Notes: generated by a model not told the origin, from the letters alone. Positions 1 to 14,613 are shown, counted from the first letter of the stretch. The stretch is 64,000 nt of DNA from Paragordius varius (GCA_964247055.1 OZ176058.1:3286001-3350000), one strand, 5' to 3'. Numbers and translations: made by a program.

Positions 1-2061
1 TGATTAATTTAAAAAACTTTTTGTTTGATATTGCAAATTATGAAATAGAGATGTATATCAGTAACACAATCAATTATATTTTTAAGGCTTTTAATTTAGT
101 TTATATAGAAAAAATTAAGTTTTAGTAAAAAGTATGGTTGCTCTTGAAAAATAATAATTAATGTCTTTATATTTTTACGTTTTGTCCGGATAATTTAATT
201 TTTATTGTCTTTATATTTTTTACATGTTTTGTCCGTATAATATCAATTTCTTTAATTAAATCTATTTTATTTATTCTTAATTAGCGACTCAAAGCGAAAG
301 GATGATTATATTTAAAAATAATGTTAAAATAATTATTTTGTCTTTTTAAAAAAATTATTTTATTTTTATATTTTTTTGCCTTGTGTAATTTCAAATTTTT
401 ACTCTAAATTTAATTTTCGGTAAACAATAATAAAAATGGAAGGCAAAATTTCAGATTAAAATTAATTAAATATATTATATTTTTGTGTGTACTTAAGTTG
501 CCATTAGATATATATATATATATATATTATTATGATTCATTTTTAATTTTAAATTTTATTATTAAATATATTTATATATAATCTATCATTTCATTATATA
601 CACTAGCGTATGAGTATAAAAAATAGATTGCCCGAAATCAAAAAGCGTATAAAATATAGGAATAAAACGGTTTATTTTAACTATATGGTTGTTTTTAACC
701 ATACGCTAGCGTAAAACGAATAAAAATATATACAAAAAGCAATTATTGATTTATCATAATGAGTTGCCAAAAATTTATATAGGATGTCACTTTGTCTTTC
801 TATTCGCTTATAAAATTAATAAAAATAAATATAAAAATTATTTTTCATTGCGTTTTTTTCACCTTTAAATTTGACTCTTTTTGCCCACATTTGAAACAAA
901 ATTGCGGTTTTATTCGGTGGTAGAATGTAAGTTTTTTGAAATTAAAATATTAATAATTATTAATCATTTTGTCTAATGGTCCAATTTTTTTTAAATAATA
1001 ATTAAAATAATTCTGTAAATAATATGTTTTGGGGGTATATATGTGAATAAAATAAAATTTTAATCTTAATATGTCAAGTTAATTCATACTCTATTTTTTT
1101 AAATTTAACCATCTCTTAGTTTTTAAAATAATTTTGAGTATAATTAATCATGATAAACCAATTTTTTTGGACCTAATACAATTTTGATTTTAGGCATTTA
1201 ATAAGATTAAAAGAGTAAATATAGTATTGATTTTTATTTTATATGCATACCTATATTTATATGATTTATTACCCTACTTTTTTAGTGGTTATAAAAATTT
1301 GAACTAGAGCCAAAAAAATATTTGTTAGATTTATTTATATTATTCATTTCGGCATTACCCAGGTAACATTTAAATATAGATAAAATTGATTCTTAAAATA
1401 AATTAAAACGATACAGACATATAAAAATTACAATACAAATATTTTTTTTGCATAAAGAAAACCAACCTTATCTTTAAAATCTTTTTACACAATATACAGT
1501 AAACATGGACAAAATGTAAAAATAAAAAAGAAATTTTTTCTTTAAAAGCCAACCATACTTTTTCAAATCTTAATTCCTATTTAAAACTTTTAATAATAAT
1601 TATAAATTATGTATTAGATTATATTACTAACTCTATTAATAATTTGCTCACTTTATGACAATCAGTTATATTTAAAATCAAGGTTTAAAAAGTATGTTAT
1701 ATTAAAAAAATATGTGTCTTATAATTTCAATTTTTACTGATCTATCTTATAAATTGGCAAATTAAGAAATAGATATGTAATAAGTTATCTAATTATATAA
1801 ATCTCAAAATCGAAGTTGTTTTAAAAAAATATTTTTATTTAATAATTTTTACCTTTGTCCGTATTATTTATACACTGTTCCCCAAATAAAATACAGTTTT
1901 ACAGTAAAAATAAAAAATTCAAATGTTAAATTAATGAAATCAACAACTTATAGCCATCCCATATTTTAAATAATTTTATATGTTTAAACAAATCAAAAAG
2001 GTTAAAAAGCGATTTTAAACAAAAAATTAATCAAAGTACAAAAATGTATAAATGACATGTA

Positions 2062-2358
2062 CAGTAAAAATTGAAATTATACGAACAATACGTAAAAATA
2101 TAAAGGCTAATATTCTTTCTAAAAGACAACCTTATACTTTTAAATCTTGATTTTTCCAACATAAACTATTTACTTACAAATTTAAATGATATAATTGGGT
2201 GTATTACCATTATTCAGTTATATTTTATATACTTTGTTGAATATAACTATGAGTTATATTTAAAAAAAATCAAGATTAAAATAGTATAAGTTGTCTTTTA
2301 GAAAATATATTTGTCTTTATATTTTTACGTGTTGTCCGTATAATTTCAGTTTTTACTG
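2062..2358. mobile_element. MITE family A (about 300 bp, CAGTAAAAATTGAAATTATACGGACAAAACG TIR, TA TSD; Tc1/mariner-like ends), representative copy
   Basis: Long TIRs and TA on both sides. About 30 copies or fragments in the window, e.g. 8512-8811, 13957-14242, 16290-16581, 27882-28175, 29672-29975, 36349-36638, 40820-41062, 57720-57976. Confidence 0.9.
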
Positions 2359-2636
2359 TATTTTGATCGTATAAAAGTAATATAACATTAAATTTTAACG
2401 TTTTACATCAGGGTTTGTCCAACAAATGGCGCTCCTTTCTGCAATCCGCGAGAAATTTTAAAGAATTTTTTTTTCAAAATTTAAGTAAATTGATTTTATT
2501 CACCAAATTTTCTAAATGATTTTTAGATTTTGTAAGAGAACTGGCAATAATTTAATTTTTTTTTCTAGTTTAAAATAGTTTTAACGCCAATTTCCATTAT
2601 TGAATTTAGAAATTTTGTGTGCTTTTCCTATAACTA

Positions 2637-5108
2637 ATGTCTGAATACGAAGTAACCAAGCGTAACGTTGTGACAAATCGTACTGGGACTGGAAGTGATC
2701 ACCCCAATAAAGATTATTATCACAGTGAATATACGACAGTGCATAAAGAACCTCACAAGGTTGAAAAACATTTACCCCATCAAATTTCAGATGTACAGAA
2801 AAAAGCGGTAAGTTTAGATTATTTTATTTTATTCTCGTCAAATATTCAATGATATGTATAAAACTGTTTTTGTCACATATTTTTATTCATATAAACTTAA
2901 ACCTTAAAGACGTAACCTAAATATAAGGGACAAATAACAGTTGTTTTTGGCGAGTGCTTATTTTTGCCCGTAAAACTATATTGGTTAAATATTTAATACA
3001 TAAATAACCATAAGTATAAAACATAACCCAAAACATATACTAAATACAAAAAACAGTCTATACTTTTTACATCTGTTTGCTTTTCTATATAAGCTAAATG
3101 ATTACAATAGTAACGGGTATATATGCATGTGATATTAATTTGCATCGCATTCTTTAACTACTTTAAACATATAAAAAGTTCAAGATTTTTTAAAAGGTAT
3201 GGCTATCTTTTTAAAAAATATCGTTTGACTGAGATATTTTACAACTGTTATTACAAAACATAATCAATCCGACATTTACCATTACAAAAAAAACAATCTC
3301 CAATTTTTTTTTGGTTTCTTTCCATGTTTCTATACTATACGTACGCTAAAAATTAATGCTAACAAAATACCCATTTTTTTAAAAGACTGCTGCCTAATAA
3401 ATTCGAACTATAAAAATAAATTATTATTCTAACTGCAATCATTATCAATAAAAAAATATTAATCGTTTGGTCTATACGTTTTGTCGTCTGCTGTATAATT
3501 TTAATTTTTACTGTATATTGTGCTGTTATAAAAAACAAATGTTTTATAATTTTAATTTTTACTGTATTTTATGTAATTATGTTGTTGTTGTTATAAAGAA
3601 TGAAGCTTTGGAAGCCCTAAAACACAATGAACAGGTAAGTTTGTTACGAAAAAAATTACGCGATAGCAATAATCGCTTGTACAATATGATGGATCATTAC
3701 GCCGATTATGCTTACCGTGAAACGCGAAAAAAAGCTCCATTCCTCAACCTGCCAGCCGAACAACCTATCGTGTTTAGCATGGTGTTGGCGGCCTTAGCTA
3801 TTGGCCTTATGCTTTTGCCCCTGATTGCTGGTCTAACCTATTGGAATCATCATAAAACACTACATCATTACGCTTACACGTTGAATGATGTCGACTTGGA
3901 TGCCCTTAAAAAGTATTGGAAAGATAGTCATTATTTGGATCATGCGAGCCATGCGGCCTCCCAGCTCTCGGAGAATGTTAAACAATTACCTCGACACAGT
4001 AAAGTCGTGGGTGAATTAGGGATGTTGTATCGAAATTGGCATAAGTAAGTAACGCAAAACTTGAAACCCCCTTTTTTCTTTTGATATATATAAATTATAT
4101 TTAGTACGCACATTATGAATTGGATAATTCCCCATTATTGTTGTCCGATTGGTAATACAATAAGTAGCATATGATAGAAATCAAATTTTGCCCATAATTA
4201 ATACAAATTTGGAACAAATTTAATGTTAAAGGATATAAAAAATTGTTTTTTTCAATCATTTGTTGTATATTACCCACACACGTTACTGTAATACCAATTG
4301 ACCAAATATATAATGGGAATTGGTCAATATAAATGGGCACACTGTAAATTTATAATGTATTTTGTTATATATACAGGTACAATAAAAAATCAAAGATGTA
4401 CAAGATTTTAGATCAGTTATCCGATCCTGTTTATCACAGAGTTCACCGCCTAGGTTCTGATTTGGGTGAGCGATTATCGTTAGCTCCTGCGCACAAGAAA
4501 CCTGTGTTTTTTCCCTTTTTGTTGCCCTTGTTAGCGGGTTTGGGGGGTCTGTATGCTTTCCTCAAATACGGAGGGTAATTTTTTTTAAAATTTCCAATTT
4601 AAACTCTAAAATTTGGTAATTGATACTTTATCAAGTATCACGGAGGGTATTATAAAAAATTTGCAACTTTTACTCTAAAAATCAAGTCAAAACATAAAAT
4701 TTGGTTGACAAATATTTTTGAAAAGAGACTCGATTTTTATTTTATTATTTTCATGTTTAGATTTTAAATAGTTCCTTTGCAAAATATATAACTGATATCG
4801 TTACCAATTTACATCTCTATTTAATTAAAACAATTATACTAAATAAATGAAGTTAAAAAAAGTGCAGCCTGTTATTGGAAAAAAACATTTGTCTTTACAT
4901 TTTTACGTTTTGTCCGTTTAATTTCAATTATTACTGCAAGTGAAAACTGATGGACAAACATTTTAAAAACTCAACCATACTTTTTAACATATTGAATTTT
5001 GTTTACACTTTTGTGATACTATGCTTGAGTGTTTTTTATATATTTTGAAGGCTAATTTTATTTGATCAGGTGATTAGGTAAAACTATTTATAAATCGTTA
5101 ATCAGTAA

Positions 5109-5147
<39 letters not shown>

Positions 5148-5753
5148 GTAACCAACCTGTGTATTCCAGTTAATAAATGATCATTTACAGTATAAATTGA
5201 AGTCAAAAACGACAAACATATTTTTTAAGGTTAATTTTTTGGAATATATTTTATCGTTTAAGTTGCAAATATTTATAAAGAAATATTTTTTTTGAAACAC
5301 AAAATTTACAGTAAAAATTGAAATTATACGGACAAAATGTAAAAATATAAAGACAAACATTTTTTTCAAAAGTCATGCATAATATTCATACTAATATAAT
5401 TTATTGTTCTAAATTGCAAAGTATGAAATAGATATGCAAATTCCTACAATCAATATATGTTTTACAATCGTAATTAAATAGTTTTATAGGACTTAAGGAT
5501 AACAAAGTATAGTTGTTGATTTGTATAAAAATTGTCTTTATATATTTATGTTTTGTCCGTATAATTAATTTATATAGTAATATTGAAATATGGTTATTAT
5601 ACAGTTTATGTAAAAAATAAGGTTAAAAATTATGCTTATTTTTTTTAGTTTTTAAATTTGTATATATTTTAGAACACAAGTTTTTTTAAATTATAATATT
5701 ATATAACTGGTTGTTTTTATTAAAAACGGAATTTTTCGTTATTTTAACCTTAT

Positions 5754-5794
<41 letters not shown>

Positions 5795-8700
5795 GAAATA
5801 TTTTTCCTATTTTTAAATAATATTGATTTTCTTTGTTTGATTTTATTCGTGTGCGTGAATGAAAACAAAAGGTTTGACCTTCAAAAATTGTTATATGAAT
5901 ATGGATTTTAAAATTTTTTTTGTGCATAATAAAGAAAATAATTATTAAAATATATTAAAAATAAAAAAATATTATAATACGTATATGTAAATGTGGAACT
6001 CTCCATGTGAGTTAAAATTATTGAATAAAATTTACTCTTACCATTTAATCCTGGAATTCACCCTTGAATATTTTAATTTCACCCTTAATACTTGGATCTA
6101 AATTGTGGTATCTAAATACCCCAGATTTTATTTAAGTTGATATCTTTAGAAAACTAACTGAAAGAAACGGTTTTAAAATAATTATATAAAGCCGAAATAT
6201 CGAAACTAAATTAATTTTGAAATATTCCATAAACTACTTCGACGCCATTTTTATTTAAAACATTTTTGCACAAAATTGTGTTAATTTAATTTCATTTAAA
6301 CTAAAACTAATATTTTATTTGCTTCACTTCTAACTTTGATAGAAAGAGAAAAAGTGGTTTATTTTGTATTATTTTTAAATTTGGGTAATTCACACATATC
6401 ATGTTGAATAAAATTTTAAACTATGTAAAATCAAGTATTTTGAGTTAATTTTATATTTTGGTTAATTAATGTTATATAAGTGCAAACTTTTACTATAGTT
6501 TCGATTCCCTTCATAATTTTTGAACTAATTAATTTTTAACCAGGGTTGGGGTATTTAGCGACCCCAATATGGATCCAATATCTGAAATGAATGTGTTGTA
6601 TTCAAGTGTAAAACTTTTAATTTTGTTTTATTTATAAAAAAAATGGATATTGTGTTAATCAAACTCATTATTTATATAATTCTTTTTTGGCATAGCTTTT
6701 TTAATGTATTGTTTTTATTTGAAACAAGGATTGGTTGTTTAAAAAAATATAGGTAATTTTTGATTTTAAAACCATAAGGTGAATTCGAAATCGAATGTAA
6801 AATTCAAGAGTTTAAGGGTGAAATCGTCAAATATTAGTACCAATTTTATCAATATAAATCGAATTATAGCATTTATTTTACAAAACCAAAAATAACCTAT
6901 TTGGTAGTTTATTCAATATTAACTTTTTTATGAAAATAAATTTTTTTAGTGGTTTTTTGGCACAAGCTAAAAGAAAACAAATCCATGTTCCAGATAATAC
7001 TGTAATGGTTTTTGGATTACCAGCTGGTACTCATGTCCCCGAGGTGTCGCCTTTTGTGCTTAAACTTGAAACTTGGTTACGTATGGTTAAAATGCCTTAT
7101 CAAGTATGTTTAAAAAATTTAAAAATTAACCAAAGTAAGTAAAATACTAAAAAGATATTCATATTATTTAAGCCTTTCGTTTTAAATTGCCCAATCAATT
7201 ATATATATATATATATATTAAAATTGATAATAATCCTTAAAAATATGGTTTAAAAAAGTAGGAATTTGTCATGTTTAAATTTATTGTCACTTATATTCTA
7301 AGTTAGTTTTAACTGTGTTTACTTAATTAGCTAACACAGTCTACACAAAAATTTAAAACATTTTAACAGTTTATTAGGAGTTGTCTCCTAGAAATGACTT
7401 TTCGGCGTTCCTTTTTGGATCCTAAAATCCGACGGGAGCATTTGCAAAATAATTATGGGCATTAACAAATATTTCTTCATTAGATTTCCAACATTAAACT
7501 TAACAATTACTATTTATTTGAACAATTTTCGCTAGTTGTTAAAATTCGGAAAAATTTATTCAAAAAATTTGTTTAAGAAAATCATTTTTACTTGGATTTT
7601 GTAAAATGAAAATACGGGCTGAGAAACGTTGTACAGTCATCTTTATTTTATCAAAAATTTATTTTTTTTCGTTAAATGGTCATAAATATTTGGTAAAGAA
7701 TGGGAAAAAAACAAGAGGTCTATGGTAATTTTTATTACTTTTTTAATAAATATGATAATGTTAATACCATAGATCTCTTTTTTTCCTTTCTTTAACAAAT
7801 ATTTATACCCCCATTTAACGAAAAAACAACAACTAATTTTTGATAAAATAAAGGTTATACAAGACTGTAATATACCATTTACAATTCAACTTCACCCTTA
7901 AACAATTCAAATTCACCCCTAACTAAAATATATGTTTTTTAAAATTAAAAATTACCAATATTTTTATATATTTTCTAAAAATAAAAATTTTGTATTAAAT
8001 TAAAATAATACTGAAAAAATAATAAACTATGCCATAAAGATGTATTTCATATTAATAATGAGTTATATTAGTTCGAAAACTCAATTTATTTTTAGGGTGA
8101 ATTTGAATTGTTCAAGGATGAATTTGAATTGTTAGAGGGTGAATTTGAATTGTTAGAGGGTGAATTTGAATTGTTAGAGGGTGAATTTGAATGGTTTGAG
8201 GGTGAATTTGAACTGTAAATGGTATAGTTTTCTAAACCCACTCCAACTTATATTTATATATATGCTTGAAATAGATTGATTTTGGAGGTATTCCCTCGTC
8301 CGAAGGTAAAAATCCGTGGATTTATTATAATGGACATGAGGTTCCTGACAGTCAAATGGCTATCGAATTTTTGAAACGCCATGCTGGGGCTGAAGACTTG
8401 GACCGCGAGCTGTCACCCAAAGAAAAAACTGTTAGTCAAGCTTTGAGAGTTTTTACCGAATCCAGAATTTATTGGTATATAAAAAAATTCAAAAATAAAA
8501 TACATATTATACAGTAAAAATTGAAATTATACTATGGACAAAACGCAAAAATATAAAGACAAATATTTTTTTCTAAAAGATAACCCCCCATACTTGGTAA
8601 ATCTTGATTTATTTCAATATGACTCATTATTTAAAATGACAAAGTCTGAAATAGAGATATATATAACTTACATAATCGATTCTTTATTTTACAATGTTAC

Positions 8701-11700
8701 TAAATTCCTTACATGAGAAAAATTAAGGTTATAAAATGTATGGTTGTCTTTAGATAAAAATATTTGTCTTTATATTATTGCGTTTTGTCCGTAGAATTTT
8801 AATTTTTACTGTAATATACCATTTACACTTTGAATTTCCCCTGAACAGTTCAAAATCACCCTAAAAATAAATTCTGTGTTTTTGGGCTAATATAACTCAC
8901 CATTAATATGAAATATATCTTTATGATATAGTTTAATTATTTTTTTAATATTATTTTAATTTTGTAAAAAAATCATTTTTTTTAAAATATAAAAAAATAT
9001 AAGTAATATTTAATCTTAAAAAACACACAATTTAGGGTGAATTACATTGTTCAAAGGTGAATTTGAATTGGGGTGAATTTGAATTGTTCAAGATTTGATT
9101 TGTTCAACGGTGAATTGTAAATGATTTATATTATTTTAATTCAGTTTGACTGCGTATAAAAAGTAATAACTAAAAATATTGTGTCGTTTTAAATCTATAT
9201 AATAATTATAAATGCCCATATATTTTAAATTCAGGCCTATTCGACTAAAAAATGCGACTCGTTAGGACATTTGTATTGAACACCCCTGATTTTACTTTTA
9301 AAATAAAAATATATATTTTAAAATATTTAAAACCTTAAGTTTTATTAGCTAATTTTCAATATTTTTTGCATATAAATTAGGCCTTTGAATTTGTTTCGTT
9401 TTGTTTATGGTTCCTTGAATGAATTGCTTGATGAGTGTTGGTTACCCCCATTTCAAAAGTTTTTTATGTGGCCTGCCACCATTACACTTTTTAAACGCAA
9501 AGTGTGGAAAGCTAGAGCAGCTGATACTGGTTTATTTTCATTTTTATTTTCGTTTTTTAGAACAAATTGAAGTTTAACATACTTTTTTAATAAATTTTGA
9601 AATAAATTTTTTTATTATATATAGTTATTACAGTAAAAATTGAATTTATACAGATAAAACGTAAAAACTCAATTGAATTCATACAGATAAAACGTAAAAA
9701 CTCAAAGACAAATATTTTTCCTAAACAACAAATATTCTTCATGGTTAAAAATATATGTAATAAATACACCATATATGATCCTTGATGAATGCTTTCTGTT
9801 ACATTTACTTACAAATTTAACTCTATTTCAAACTTCCAATGAGTTTTAAACAATGAGTTTTATATATATTAAAAATCAAAGTTTAGGGTTCTATTCTACA
9901 AAAAATATTGTCTGTTCATATAATTTCAATAATTTTTACTGTATATTGTGTTATTAGGTCTTTTCGATAAGGGCCCAGCCTTCGTTTATGAAACGGGTAT
10001 TAAAGACATTCAAGCTTTAAGCGATTTCCTCGGAAACAAACAATACATGATGGGTGAAAAACCAACTGAAGTTGACGCCGCAGTTTTTGGCATGTTGGGT
10101 GAAATATATTGGACTTTTCCCAAGGATCATATACTCCGAACCAAATTTGATAGTAAACTTTTGATTTGTCTTGTTTTTATCTTATAATACAGTAGCGTAT
10201 GGAATAAAACAATATGATAGTCTCTATAAAAGAATAAAAAAATGTGTTTTTTGTTTATAAAAACAATCCTATTATTATATTAATATAATTCAGCTAAAAT
10301 TATATAAATTTATTATGATGTTTCGATTACTACAAGTAATCTTTGTCAAAAGGAAAATAAATTTTTCTTATTAACAATACACACATGCTTTATTTTTTAG
10401 TTTCATATCTCATTAAATATTTTTTTTACTTTATAATTTAAATTTTAGTTTATATTTTAATTTTATTTTTTACGTTTGACAAAGATTACTTGTAGTAATT
10501 GAAATATCTTAATAAATTTATATAATTTTAGCTGAAATATAATTACAGTAGCGTATGGAATAAAACAATATGATAGTCTATATAAAAGAATGAAAAAATG
10601 TTTTTTGTAAATAAAAACAATCCTATTAATATATAAATATAATTCAGCTAAAATTATATAAATTTATTATGATATTTCGATTACTACAAGTAATCTTTGT
10701 CAAACGTAAAAAAAATTTCTTATTAACAATACACACATGTTTTTTTTGAGTTTCATATCTCATTAAATATTTTTTTTACTTTATAATTTAAATTTTAGTT
10801 TATTTATATTTTAATTTTATTTTTTACGTTTGACAAAGATTACTTGTAGTAATCGAAATATCATAATAAATTTATATAATTTTAGCTGAATTATAATTGC
10901 AATATAATAGTAAAACAATATCGTAGTCTATAAAAGGGTAAAAAATGTGTTTTTTGTTCAAAAAAACAATCCTAGTTGTAAATTCTATAATATCCCCTTG
11001 TTTTTTTAAAAAAATTAGTATATAAAAGAATAAAAAATGTTTTGTTTTAAAAAAAACAACTACGCAATCTAAATATCCCTTGCTTTTTTTTAAAAAAAAA
11101 CATTTTTTTACTCTTTTATGGACTAATATTGTTTTATGCCATACGCTACTATAATTATTGTTTTAACCTTTCCCTATATTATAGTTAAAGTTGAAATATA
11201 CGGAGACAGAACGTAAAAATAACAAGGCAAAAAATATTGTTTTTTTTAAAAGACAATCATATGTTTAAATCTGGCTTTTTCCATATAATTATTTAATTAC
11301 ATCTATAAAATATATGATTGATTATGTTGCCAATATTCATCTCAAGTAATATTTAACAATGATTTAAAATTAAAAAATCAAGATTTAAAAAGTATGGCTG
11401 TCTTTTAGAAAACTTCATATTTCGTTTTATAAAATGGGCCTTTTATTTTTACGTATTGTCCTTTTTACAATTTCCATTCTTATTGTATTATAAATTTAAA
11501 AACCAATTTGATTCAAATTGGGATATCTAAACACCCAGTATATTTAATATTTTTGAAAAATTACTGAAAGAAACCCCAATTTAAATTTATGCTTTTATAA
11601 ATGAGCCAAAATATATAAATAAAATTTAGTTTTGAAAGAAAAGTCCCACGTCAAACTACTTTGACGTCATTTTATTTTACAACATTTTTGCAGAATATTG

Positions 11701-12172
11701 CGTTTATTTAAAGTCAAAATTAAAGCTAATATTTCATTATCACTAACATTGATGGAAATAGAAAAGCGTTTTATGTTATAATTATTTAAAATTAGCTATA
11801 GCACTAATTTTAGGTTTTACCTTAAAAATATGTAATATCATGATTTTGAATGAATTTTTTATATTTCGGTTTATTAATAGTATATAAGTGCAATATGCCA
11901 TAAATTTCTTCCATATTTTTTAAAGTATTTAATTTAAAACAAACCTGGGGTATCCAATGACCCTAATTTGAATCCAAGGACTGAAATGAATTTGTTGCAA
12001 CCAAATTGTTAATTAAACCCAAAATATACTGAATTTACATTTTTTATATTTAAAAACAGCTGATTGGCCAAATTTGGCGGCTTTTTTGAACCGTATCAAA
12101 GATCGTTACTGGCCAGATTGGGAAGAGCGAACTCGCACGGGAAAAGCTGTTTCGTCTCACTTGAAGCGCTAA
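2637..12172 (+). CDS. FAX (failed axon connections)/metaxin-like GST-fold protein, 8 exons, 541 aa, with long N-terminal extension
   Basis: Exons 2637-2807, 3599-4044, 4377-4574, 6950-7103, 8275-8474, 9381-9529, 9958-10152, 12060-12172. All introns are GT..AG with matching phases (0,2,2,0,2,1,1); total 1626 nt. Family motifs: SPFVLKLETWLRM, GKNPWIYYNG..DSQMAIEFL, DIQALSDFLGNKQYMMGEKPTEVDAAVFGML, PNLAAFLNRIKDRYWPDW. Confidence 0.9.
7871..8226. mobile_element. MITE family B1 (TACCATTTACA TIR, TA TSD, inverted subterminal arrays of 21-bp TTCAAATTCACCCTTGAACAA)
   Basis: Terminal TATACCATTT...AAATGGTATA with 21-bp repeats at both ends. Other copies near 8815-9130, 37258-37545, 44534-44830, 45805-46138, 49797-50112, 58423-58738, 59843-60153, 61636-62078. 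Confidence 0.9.
8512..8811. mobile_element. MITE family A copy in FAX-like intron 5
   Basis: TA|CAGT...ACTG|TA, 37 bp after the exon 5 donor, directly followed by a family B1 element. Confidence 0.9.
10190..10905. repeat. 356-bp tandem duplication of a family D arm plus a palindromic insert
   Basis: CAGTAGCGTATGG at 10190 and 10546, each followed by the same approx. 270-bp hairpin element. Confidence 0.85.
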
Positions 12173-14392
12173 TTTTTTTTCTTTTTTTTTCTTTTTTTAA
12201 AAATATATTTTTTGGATTTATATGGGCATTATATTCTAGGTGTAATTACCAATTTATTGATTTAGTTTTTAAAACAAAATATATATTTTAATGTGATATC
12301 GTATAACAAAAAACACCAATCTTTTTATCATGAATGTACCGCATATAAAAATTAATTAATATATATATATATATATATGGCCTCTCAAATATCCAATACT
12401 GTCGATAATCAATTCACTTTTTAATTCATTTAAAGTCAACTAATATTAAATTATATATAGTAAATAAAATTATACAGGCAAAACTTAAAAATATAAAGAT
12501 ATATATTTTTATATGGACAACCCCATACTTTTTTAAACTTTAATTTTTTAATATATAACTCAATAAGGAATACAGATTAAAGTTTTAACAAAGAAAAGCA
12601 TAGGTATATCTTTAAAAAAAAATTTATCTTTTAGTTTTTACGGTTAGTCTGTATAATTTCAATTTTAATATATTAAATATATATAAATACAAAGTTTTTT
12701 AGATTTAGCTTAAATTGGAATAATGATTTTAGAAAATTGATAGAAATTTTAAAAACTGTAGAAACACATCATTTAAATTGAATATATAAATATATATTAC
12801 ATGTATATTTCCTCTTGGCCGTGCCTATGTTAAAATTATGCAACATACAATTAACAAATTTGAAATAAATTATTTACTTTCAAATTTTATTATATTTATG
12901 GTAAAAACTGAAATTATGCGGACAAAACTTAAAAATATGAAGACAAAATATTTTTTTCCAAAAGACAACCATACTTTCTAAAGCTTAAATTTTAAAAATA
13001 ACTAATTGTATTAAATAGGAAAGTTTGATATAGAAATATATATTAAATTCTATATTTTACAATTGGTACTAAATCGCTTATATGAGAAAAAATAAGGTTT
13101 TAAAAGGCATGGTTGTTTAGATAAAGATATTTCTTTAAATTTTTACATTTTGTCGGTATATTTCAATTTTTACTGTAAAAAGGAATAGTTGAGCAAATTA
13201 CAAAAATATCTTAAATATTTTTATGCGATAATAATTGATTTGAAAATTAAGGGGGCAAGATTTAGAGTGCTCTTATACAAACAATACAATAATAACTGAT
13301 ATTAAACAGACCAATAATACTATAAAGACAAATTCAAAAATTTTCTGTACTTTTTACAATTGATTTTATAATGATTGTTTTAGATTTTAAAATATGAAAT
13401 AAGATGAATATTGGTAACGAAATCATTTATATATTATTGTATTTAATAACTTTTAAACAAAAGTCAATTTTCAAAAAAGTATGGTTGTCTTTTGAAAGGT
13501 GTTCAAAACAAATGCCTTCACGGGCCGCATTGAAAAATACAACGAATGGCCATCAATAAATATCTGAATATAATTCAATTATATGGCACTGCAAAAATTG
13601 TAATAAACACGATATATCTACTGATTCTAATTCTTGTTTATAGCGTGAGCAAAATTTAAGATAAATTCAGTAATAACTACATATTTAAAAAAAGAAGTAT
13701 CCTCAATTATTTGAATCGAGTTATCTTTACGGTTCAGAAATGAAAGATAAAACTTAAAATATTTTAGGCATTGGTTTTCAGAAAAGGGCAACGTCCATTA
13801 AAAGGGCGTAGAAAAATCTGGGGCGGGGGGAATTTGAATTAGTAAATTTATGTTAATAAACATAATGTTTCCTATTATTTGATAAAAAAAAATTTTATAT
13901 CACAATTTAACAGTAGTGGGAAGCCTGTCATCATTTTTAGATTATAAAATTCATTACAGTAAAAATTGAATTTATACGGACAAAAATATAAACACAAATA
14001 TTTTTATCTAAAAAACAACCATACTTTTTTTAAACCTTAGTGTTTCTTATCTAAAATATTTAAATACGCCTGGAATAAATAAAATTGATTGTGTTACAAA
14101 AATACATGTATAATACTATGGAAAATTTGAACAATGAGCAATAATTATAAAAGTTAAGATTTATAAAGTATGGGTGTCTTTTAGAAGAAAATTTTTGTCT
14201 TTATATTTATACGTTTTGTCCGTATAATTCCAATTTTTACTGTATATTATAAAAAAATAGCGTTAAAAGGCTAAACGAAAGGAATGTAAAGAATTATGCA
14301 ATACATTCATACGTAATTCTATTTCTCGCTCTTGCCCATTTGCTTAAATACAAATAGACACTTTTAATTATTATTCGTCATTACTTTCATAT

Positions 14393-14613
14393 ACAGTCAT
14401 GTATCTTTTATTTTATCAAAATTTTTTTTTTTCGTTAAATGGATATAAATATTTGGTAAAGAATGGAAAAAACAAGATCTCTATTGTAAATCTTATACTT
14501 TTTTGATAAATATGATATTGTTAATACCATAGAACTCTTGTTTCAATTTAAAAAATATTTAAATCCATTTAACTAAATAAAATAAATTTTGATAAAATAA
14601 AGGAGACATGACT
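14393..14613. mobile_element. MITE family E (CAGTCATG TIR, TA TSD)
   Basis: ta|CAGTCATGT...ACATGACTG|ta; related copy at about 7634-7867. Confidence 0.75.

Noticed and set aside
880-940. Possible 5' UTR exon of the FAX-like gene (GTAAGT at about 927)
   Set aside because: A lone donor motif cannot be supported without transcript data.
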